Below, in pieces: positions 23,325 to 29,811 of a stretch of DNA of 29,811 nt (its first letter is position 1; every line of letters begins with the position of its first letter). The notes under the pieces were generated by a model. The model was given only the letters and a program-made list of their open reading frames with translations, searched no databases and had not been told where the DNA came from. This stretch comes from a virus. Its lineage: Duplodnaviria; Caudoviricetes. The position numbers were made by a program, and so were the translations under genes. The DNA is taken from positions 1-29,811 of the IMG/VR virus record IMGVR_UViG_3300047284_000016; one strand, written 5' to 3'.

Positions 23325-26285
23325 CTAGCTCGCTGAGCCTTGCAATACCGCCAACGTAACAGGGCTTTGCTGCCGTGCCGTGGTGCTGGTAATCGCGTCT
23401 ACGAACCGTGGGTGATTCACGTTAATAATTAGGCAATGGGCTTGCCCGGGGTTTCTGTTATGGCACCCCTTGAACATAGTAACTCGGTCCCGCGCAGAGA
23501 TCAACGCGTTGTTATCATGTAGCTCCCGTACTACGCGGTCGATGCTGTCCCGTGTCTTGTTCAGCCACTGCTTAAACAGAGTCAGATTGATCGCTAGGAC
23601 GCTTCCGGGCATGACTGGTGTGGTGCTGTCGTAGACCACCTTCAGGCGCGCCACAGCGCGTTCTGGGGCAGGAATCTGCACCTGTTCCTTACCTGAGCCG
23701 TAGATTTCTGTGACCTCGATCAGCCGGTCATTGTGCTCCTGCAAGTACTGGCCGATGGTATCGAACACATCCGGCTTAGCGTCGATCATTTCCTTGCGCA
23801 CCTTCAACACGTGGTCGAGAAGATACTTGGTAGTACCCTCTATGTCGAACGGGAACAGCCCCAGCCGCTCGGCAATCTTGCTCATTGTCCATGCGCTGAT
23901 GATGCTTGAGCGGAAGAATCGTTCTTGCGGCTCGAAGACGAAGTTGAACTTCTTCATGAACGCCGCTTCGCCCTTAGCCCACACAGCTTCAGGCCCACCC
24001 AAGTCGATCACTGCGGAGACTAGCTCAGGCATTGCCCAGCCATTGTTCTTAGCCACCATGTCAAAGAACCGGTTGCCGTTGTTGCCGCCCGTCTCGTCAG
24101 GCTTGATGAATGACCGGTCGTGGTGATGTAGCTCCAGTGTCCTAGCCTTCAGCGGGTCGTTGCTGGTCTGCACGTTCTCGAACTTCTGGTGCAGCGAAAA
24201 GTTGGTCGTGATCAGCGTAGGCCCATCCCACTTCACCGGCTCACGCAACTCCCGCTCTTTGTTCATAGCGATCTTCTCACGGCCTTGGCTCAGGTCATAA
24301 GCCAAGTCAGCCATGTCTTCATCTTTGGCAGTGGTTAACTCGTCGATGGTGCACGGCAGGTTATTCAGTACGCCACGGATTTTGTACAGCGCGTTCGACG
24401 TATCGTTCTTATTCAACATCAGGTCACGTGGTGTGCCGACCAAACTGTTGGCAGCGATCAGCGACAGCGACTTACCTGTCGTAGTTTCTGTGGAGTAAAT
24501 CGACACAACCAAGCAGCTGTTACCTGCAACCTTACCCAAGACCCCTGCTGTACCCAGCATCACAGCCGCGCGCATCGGTGCTGTGCCGGGATTGTTCAGC
24601 ATGCGCATCGCGTTGACCCACTCATCACGTGAGCCATGTGGCTTGATGATCTCAGCGTAACGCGCAGCAGGACCTCGCAGTCTGCGATCAGTTGCGCCCG
24701 TAGGTGAGCCGATAATCTTTTCACCGCACAAGAACGAGCCATCGTCTTGCCAGCCGAACGCAATAAAATCAATGCCTGTCGGTGCTTGGTTCTGCACCAT
24801 GGTTAAGTAGTCCATCAAGTAACCCCGTAGTCTTTCTTGCATCCCCGCGTTTTTGACACTGAACACCTGCCTATTAAGTAGGAAGGTGGAAAACTCTTTG
24901 CCGATACTTGCGATCACTGCAAGCTCGTGGTCTTCTTCTTTCCAGCCGATCATCGGATACCTGATCGCTAATCTGAACGTAGACTTACCAGATACGAAAT
25001 CCTTGTACACGCCTGTGACGTGCATCGGGTACGGTGACGTTAGCTCCCAGTCAGTAGTCTCTATATCAACAGCATTGCCGTTCGCATCCTTGCCCTCAGT
25101 CTTGATCTTGATCTCTTTGAATATCTTCCCGTCTCGCTCTACGTACGGCGGTGGCAACTCTAGCTCGATAGCTTCCTCGCCGCTGACCTCAACCGTGCTG
25201 GTAGTTGATGACGTTAACTGCGCTGGGCTAGTAATCTTCCCTTTGTGTGGGCACCCCTTGCACCCCTCGGCGCACAGCTGTTCGAACTTCGCGCATGTTG
25301 TAGGACCAGTGCCACGCCACCCATCTATCTTCGCCATGCTGTCTTGCAAGTCAAAGTCTGGATGCTTACCTGCCAGCATGATGATCGCTTCTTCAACATC
25401 GACTGCATGCTTAGCCATGCCACCGGACGCGCGCCACAGCGGTTCTGTAACTGGATTACCTGCTGCGTCTGTCACACCGCCTGATGCTACGAGTGCTGCG
25501 ATCTGTTTGCAATGCTGAGCGACGATCTCGATACGCACATCGCGCGAGTTTGTGACCGCCGACAACACACTGCTTGCACCCTTCGACACGCGCTTCGGTG
25601 CAGCCTTAGTTACTTTGCCAAACCAAGGCTTTAGCACAGTGAACAACTGCACTGGGTCATAGTCAGGTGAGTCTAGCTTGCACTCGACTAACTTCCATGG
25701 AGTTTGCTTTTTGTGATGCGTACCAACTGGTCGCAGCACCATCGAAGGGTCGTGAATCTTCGACGTGTCAATCGTCACATTTTTTTCTTCGAGCGCGAGA
25801 CGCAGCGCTGTTGATGCCTTCACCCAGTGCGCAGTGCTGATCGATTGTGTCAGCGGCCAATAGCAATGTAGACCTTTGCCCGACGAGATGATCATTGGCA
25901 TCGGCATACCGATTGTTTCCAGCGCACCCTTCAACGCAGCCCAGCCTTCCTTCTGTGTTGCGTAAGGCTTGTCGCTTCCAATGTCTAAGTCCAACGCCAA
26001 CGCTTTGAACAGCGTAGCTTTGTCTTGTGTTCTGTACCACTTGCGCTTGCCCTTGTCGTCTGTGTACGCATGATCAGCAAACGCGCCGACACCAAAATAA
26101 ATGGTTGTCTCTGATTCTTGGTCCCACTTCTGTATCGCAGCAACTGCGTCATCAATGTTTGCAAACGAACCTCTGTTCCAAAAGAACCCACGTGGGTTAT
26201 TGCCTGAGTGATCAGGTTTGTGAGTACAGATAACAAGTTCGTTTTGCTGGGCGAATACGCGAGTAAGAAAGTTTTTAGTATCCAA
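23325..26285 (-). CDS. Primase-helicase fusion (AEP/RepB-like primase, Cys cluster, DUF927 P-loop helicase)
   Basis: AEP motifs ALDLD, SSGKGLHCYW and D...VLRPVGT.H, then PTTC...CAEGCKGCPH. The helicase part has FGWQDDGSF, Walker A TTTGKS and Walker B TIDE. The start is TTG after GAGGG. Confidence 0.85.
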   Translation of the reverse strand: MDTKNFLTRVFAQQNELVICTHKPDHSGNNPRGFFWNRGSFANIDDAVAAIQKWDQESETTIYFGVGAFADHAYTDDKGKRKWYRTQDKATLFKALALDLDIGSDKPYATQKEGWAALKGALETIGMPMPMIISSGKGLHCYWPLTQSISTAHWVKASTALRLALEEKNVTIDTSKIHDPSMVLRPVGTHHKKQTPWKLVECKLDSPDYDPVQLFTVLKPWFGKVTKAAPKRVSKGASSVLSAVTNSRDVRIEIVAQHCKQIAALVASGGVTDAAGNPVTEPLWRASGGMAKHAVDVEEAIIMLAGKHPDFDLQDSMAKIDGWRGTGPTTCAKFEQLCAEGCKGCPHKGKITSPAQLTSSTTSTVEVSGEEAIELELPPPYVERDGKIFKEIKIKTEGKDANGNAVDIETTDWELTSPYPMHVTGVYKDFVSGKSTFRLAIRYPMIGWKEEDHELAVIASIGKEFSTFLLNRQVFSVKNAGMQERLRGYLMDYLTMVQNQAPTGIDFIAFGWQDDGSFLCGEKIIGSPTGATDRRLRGPAARYAEIIKPHGSRDEWVNAMRMLNNPGTAPMRAAVMLGTAGVLGKVAGNSCLVVSIYSTETTTGKSLSLIAANSLVGTPRDLMLNKNDTSNALYKIRGVLNNLPCTIDELTTAKDEDMADLAYDLSQGREKIAMNKERELREPVKWDGPTLITTNFSLHQKFENVQTSNDPLKARTLELHHHDRSFIKPDETGGNNGNRFFDMVAKNNGWAMPELVSAVIDLGGPEAVWAKGEAAFMKKFNFVFEPQERFFRSSIISAWTMSKIAERLGLFPFDIEGTTKYLLDHVLKVRKEMIDAKPDVFDTIGQYLQEHNDRLIEVTEIYGSGKEQVQIPAPERAVARLKVVYDSTTPVMPGSVLAINLTLFKQWLNKTRDSIDRVVRELHDNNALISARDRVTMFKGCHNRNPGQAHCLIINVNHPRFVDAITSTTARQQSPVTLAVLQGSAS

Positions 26286-26299
26286 TGCCGTGCCCTCAG

Positions 26300-26324
26300 A
26301 TAAAAACCCCCGCCGAAGCGGGGG
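26300..26324 (-). terminator. Rho-independent terminator after the SSB-like gene
   Basis: The - strand reads CCCCCGC-TTCG-GCGGGGG-TTTTTAT: a 7-bp GC stem, a cUUCGg tetraloop and a U tract. Confidence 0.9.
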
Positions 26325-26344
26325 CGTAATTTTTTCTTATTCTA

Positions 26345-27238
26345 TTACTCGTCGAATAGACTGTCGAGCTTAGCCGACAATTCTTCTGAGGCTTTCACCG
26401 GCGCAACAGCTGGCTTTTCCTTTGGTGCTTTAGCAACTGGTGCCGCTTCAACAACAGCCTCTTCTTCGTACGCCTCGTCAACTGCCGGGGCAGCGATGGC
26501 CGTAGCTTTTTGCGGTGCAGCGAGAGCCGGTCCTGCTTGCTTAGGTGATAACTGACGAGTAGCAATCTTTGCAGCATCACTGTCGATCAACTCCTGCACA
26601 CGGTCAGCTGCTTTTTCTGGCAGGTAGCCCTTGCGTGTAAAAGTAATCTTTGGATAACTCGCGCTATCGTCAAAGCCCATCTCCGTGATCACATCCTCGG
26701 TGCCCAGACCGTAGTTGTCCAAGTCCTTGACGTACTCACGCAGCGCCTTCATGCCCGATACCGGCACGGTCAGGCTGTAGACCTTGGTCGGGTCCGCAGC
26801 AGGTACGACCGCCAGATGCCGTTGGTCTGAACACATCTTCGACTTGGCACCCGATGGCAGAATCTTCGAGCCGAGTACGTTGTGTGGGCAGTCTTGGCAG
26901 CTGGTATGAACCGGCTTTTGAATCGACAAGTCTGGCTCCAAGCCATCGTTAGACCAGCAGTCAGGGCGGACATCCGTTGCCGTAGCGTCAAATGCCTTGC
27001 CGTAGAACACTTTCGATACCCGTGGGTTAGCCCCGACGATGATCGTGTCGAGTGTCACGCCGACAGTGGTTTCTACCCCGTCTTCGTTCAGGCGGTACCG
27101 CCCTGCGCGGATACTGATGCGAGGGATGTTTAGCGTGTCCTTGACCAGTGCTGCGGTAATGGACGACTTGATACCTGCTTGTTGACGGGCTGCGATACGC
27201 GCCGCAATGTGCGCTGGGACGTTAGTTAGATTAGTCAC
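26345..27238 (-). CDS. Putative single-stranded DNA-binding / annealing protein
   Basis: Motifs PRISIR, PDCWSNDG, C..CP.N..GS....K.C and L.VPVSG. It has an acidic aromatic tail (LDSLFDE), a GTG start with AGGAG RBS, and sits in the replication module. Confidence 0.65.
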   Translation of the reverse strand: MTNLTNVPAHIAARIAARQQAGIKSSITAALVKDTLNIPRISIRAGRYRLNEDGVETTVGVTLDTIIVGANPRVSKVFYGKAFDATATDVRPDCWSNDGLEPDLSIQKPVHTSCQDCPHNVLGSKILPSGAKSKMCSDQRHLAVVPAADPTKVYSLTVPVSGMKALREYVKDLDNYGLGTEDVITEMGFDDSASYPKITFTRKGYLPEKAADRVQELIDSDAAKIATRQLSPKQAGPALAAPQKATAIAAPAVDEAYEEEAVVEAAPVAKAPKEKPAVAPVKASEELSAKLDSLFDE

Positions 27239-27633
27239 TATTCACTCCTGTTTTGAGATTTGCGAAAATTAAATACACGAACGGACGAGAAATTTACTCC
27301 CGGTGGTGGTGCTCCATGTTCTTCCACGAAGCTCTTCACACCTGTTTTAGACGCACGGGCCTCGACCATATCCCATGTGTTATTCTCTTTGCAGTAAGCA
27401 AAAAAGTCTTCCCGCGATGCGACTGTCGCAGAGTGATGCGTAGACCAGTAGGCAGTACCGACCGGAGTCTTGATAGAGTCAAGCCCGTCCTCCTGCGCTT
27501 TGGCCGTGAACCATCCCTCAAGTACAGCAAGTTTTTCAGCTAGTGCTGCACGATCTCTCTTGTGCTGACGGTCGAGGTCCTCGATCTCCCCGCGAACACG
27601 AAGGTACCGCTCAGCGGCAATTTCGTAATTCAT
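27238..27633 (-). CDS. Conserved phage replication-module protein (N-terminal coiled coil)
   Basis: Motifs G.DSIKT..GT.Y, DFF.Y..EN and PPPGV resemble small proteins commonly found between helicase and SSB genes. AGGAGG is the RBS. Confidence 0.7.
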   Translation of the reverse strand: MNYEIAAERYLRVRGEIEDLDRQHKRDRAALAEKLAVLEGWFTAKAQEDGLDSIKTPVGTAYWSTHHSATVASREDFFAYCKENNTWDMVEARASKTGVKSFVEEHGAPPPGVNFSSVRVFNFRKSQNRSE

Positions 27634-27647
27634 ACTTCCTCCTTTTA

Positions 27648-29198
27648 CTAATCGTCACTGTTGACGCCTTGCACCAGCGTCAAAAATTCCGCCAAGGTGT
27701 TCTGCTTTGCACGGAGTCGGCGGTACAGCTCTCCCTCAAAGCTGGTGGCATAGATGTGCCACACAGTCGTTTTGCCGGTCGTAGTGATCCGACGAATTCT
27801 CGCATTAGCCTGTTCGTACTGTTCGAGTGAATAGATTGGAGCGAACCATATAATGTCTTTTGCCCGTGTCAGCGTCAGCCCGTGTGCTGCAACCTTTGGA
27901 TGCGCCAACAAAATCTTAGGTGTGTCGGTATGTTGGAAGTCATTGAATATCTGATTCCTCTGTGCCTTTGTTGTGTCACCGTTGACCATAGCTACATCAT
28001 GACCGTCAGCGATTAACTTATCCCGCAACCACAACTGAACGCCCTTCAGTGGTACGAAGATAATTGTTTTGTCGCCGATCTCAGTAAGTAATTCAGTAAG
28101 CGTATTATACCGCTCCGAGGCATCGATGGCAATCGCACCGGTGTCGCCGTACACAACTCCGCAGCTAATCTGTAGCAACTTGCTAAGCATAACCGCAGCG
28201 TTAGGTGCAGCCACTTCACCAGCAGCGAACACCGTCACCGCCTTGTCCTGCATTTCCTTGAACGCCTTCTCCTGCTGCTTGGTAAGCGTTGTCTTGCGAG
28301 AGACGTAATTCGTATCAGGCAAGTCTTTGCACTCGTCTAGCGAGAAGCGTATCGAAGGCTGCAACACTTTCTTGCAAGTCTCAAGCGCGTCTTCCCTCGG
28401 CACCCAACGGAACGTGGATACTTTCTTCATCACCAAGTCTTTGAACGTGGTGTAGCTCTTCGGCACAGACGGCGAGTCAACCAACCGCGCCAGTGTCCAT
28501 GCGTCTGCTGGTGCTTGCGATATCGGTGTACCCGTCAGCATCCACAACCATGGCTGGTTCTTCTGCACCCACTTGGCGAATATCTTGTACCGCTGCGAAC
28601 TCGGAGACTTTAGCGCTGTCGCCTCGTCGTAGATCACTACATCGAACCCAGTTAGCTCGGACTGCATGTTCGTAAAGCCATCATGGTTGATGATCACGTA
28701 CTGCACACCTGTCTGCTGTAGCAACCGCTGCCGCTTCTCTTTAGTACCTGTGCAAACCACAAAGTTCCGGTGAGACAGGTGGTGCATGATCTCCCTGCCC
28801 CACACAACCTGCAACGTGGACAGCGGCGCGATGATCAACACCTTCCTAGCAATCTTCTCTTCCAGCAAAAAGTCAGCCGCCCACAACGCACTGATGGACT
28901 TGCCAGTACCCGGAGCGTTGAGACACAACGCACGTTTGTGTGTCGTTAGAAAAGCCGCTGTCTCTTTCTGGTGAGCCATGGGAGCGAACCTCCCCGGCCA
29001 ACGGTAATACTGAGTAATAGGCGGAGGAACGCTAAGCCCAAAATTCCGCAGCACCAAAGACTCATCCACACCGTAAGGCATGGCGAGCAACTTGTCACCG
29101 TTATGGTCGAAGGTCTTCGCATGGGGGATGCACTCCGCAATCGCAGCGTTGTTCGAGCTGTTAATAATGATCTTACGTTTATCTGGTATTACCAGCAT
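27648..29198 (-). CDS. SNF2-like superfamily 2 helicase
   Basis: The likely start is ATG 29198 (MLVIPDKRK); the track start at 29261 is less likely. Motifs are HQ, PGTGKS, IIAPLS, YDEAT, LTGTP, HGLTLT.A and QANARIRR. Confidence 0.9.
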   Translation of the reverse strand: MLVIPDKRKIIINSSNNAAIAECIPHAKTFDHNGDKLLAMPYGVDESLVLRNFGLSVPPPITQYYRWPGRFAPMAHQKETAAFLTTHKRALCLNAPGTGKSISALWAADFLLEEKIARKVLIIAPLSTLQVVWGREIMHHLSHRNFVVCTGTKEKRQRLLQQTGVQYVIINHDGFTNMQSELTGFDVVIYDEATALKSPSSQRYKIFAKWVQKNQPWLWMLTGTPISQAPADAWTLARLVDSPSVPKSYTTFKDLVMKKVSTFRWVPREDALETCKKVLQPSIRFSLDECKDLPDTNYVSRKTTLTKQQEKAFKEMQDKAVTVFAAGEVAAPNAAVMLSKLLQISCGVVYGDTGAIAIDASERYNTLTELLTEIGDKTIIFVPLKGVQLWLRDKLIADGHDVAMVNGDTTKAQRNQIFNDFQHTDTPKILLAHPKVAAHGLTLTRAKDIIWFAPIYSLEQYEQANARIRRITTTGKTTVWHIYATSFEGELYRRLRAKQNTLAEFLTLVQGVNSDD

Positions 29199-29503
29199 AG
29201 CGCCGCCCATCCTTTGAACTCTGAAGACCAAGCCTCGACCGAAGTCTCGCGCACAATCCACACCTGAGCGCCAGCGTTGGTGCTAGCCTCGATCTCACGC
29301 AACTGATTCGGCGTACACTCACCACGACCGAACTTAGTCTCTACGGCAAACGCTCTGCCATTTACCCAGCCCACAAAGTCTGGGATACCTGCACGACCAA
29401 AGCCGTTGGCAGGTGGCATAAACCAGTAACACTTCTCTGTATTCTTCAGTACGTCTTTTACAATCTTCTTTACATCGCCTTCGTTTTTTAGTTCAGCTCT
29501 CAT
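29189..29503 (-). CDS. VRR-NUC family nuclease (PD-(D/E)xK)
   Basis: Motifs E..VK, G.G.AGIPDF, FAVETK and TPNQ. Confidence 0.88.
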   Translation of the reverse strand: MRAELKNEGDVKKIVKDVLKNTEKCYWFMPPANGFGRAGIPDFVGWVNGRAFAVETKFGRGECTPNQLREIEASTNAGAQVWIVRETSVEAWSSEFKGWAALCW

Positions 29504-29811
29504 TCTGGTCCCTCAATATAGTAATTATTTTCTGCGCAAGTAAATCTGCTGCTTTGTTACGAAACTGCTGCACATCAGGTACTTCTACAGTAGCGTGTGC
29601 GCCATTAGGTTCGTTATAAAACACCACACCATAGAATATTTCATTTTCTACATAGTGTTCGTAACCAAGTATTACTTCTAGTGTAGTGCTTGCTCTAAGT
29701 GTTGCCGCCATTAGCAACTCTCTTTGTTCTATTTGAACATCTTTTTTCGGTCTTTGCCGTATAGATGTTTGATTAACTTCGTCTCTGAATTTAAGCAAAC
29801 CTCTACATGGA
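29493..29811 (-). CDS. Hypothetical protein, possibly 5'-truncated by the window edge
   Basis: The track ORF starts at TTG 29798, but the frame stays open to the window end. It is AT-richer and has no recognisable motif. Confidence 0.5.
   Translation of the reverse strand, partial: PCRGLLKFRDEVNQTSIRQRPKKDVQIEQRELLMAATLRASTTLEVILGYEHYVENEIFYGVVFYNEPNGAHATVEVPDVQQFRNKAADLLAQKIITILRDQNES

Noticed and set aside
24853-25518. 221-aa plus-strand ORF within the primase-helicase
   Set aside because: It is an antisense shadow in register with the real gene and has no recognisable features.
1-29811. tRNA, CRISPR array, integrase/att site, or alternative genetic code
   Set aside because: Intergenic gaps are all under about 60 nt and I noticed no spaced direct repeats. 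Long ORFs are intact under code 11, and all three stop codons are used.

Overview
This window is a gene-dense fragment of a lytic-type tailed dsDNA phage genome, with podovirus-like tail and ejection genes. Rz/Rz1-type spanins and lipoproteins indicate a Gram-negative host. The + strand (1-23063) carries, in order: a tail-fibre/receptor-binding cassette, a GT2-TPR glycosyltransferase, and an unusually large nine-gene lysis/envelope cassette around a GH19 endolysin. One gene in that cassette appears to start at a non-canonical ATT codon. Next come a tail stabilisation/nozzle-like protein with a long insertion, a tail fibre with an autocleaving chaperone, a GNAT protein, two putative ejection proteins and a 2298-aa polyvalent protein (HExxH peptidase-like, ART-PolyVal-like and LPD38-like regions). 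The arm ends in six tightly coupled, tiny Lys-rich proteins, four of them missing from the supplied ORF track. The - strand (23064-29811) is a replication module: HNH, AEP primase-DUF927 helicase fusion, SSB-like protein, SNF2-like helicase and VRR-NUC nuclease. The two arms converge with no gap at overlapping palindromes. I saw no tRNA, rRNA, CRISPR array, integrase or IS element. All family assignments come from motif recognition by eye, not from database searches.
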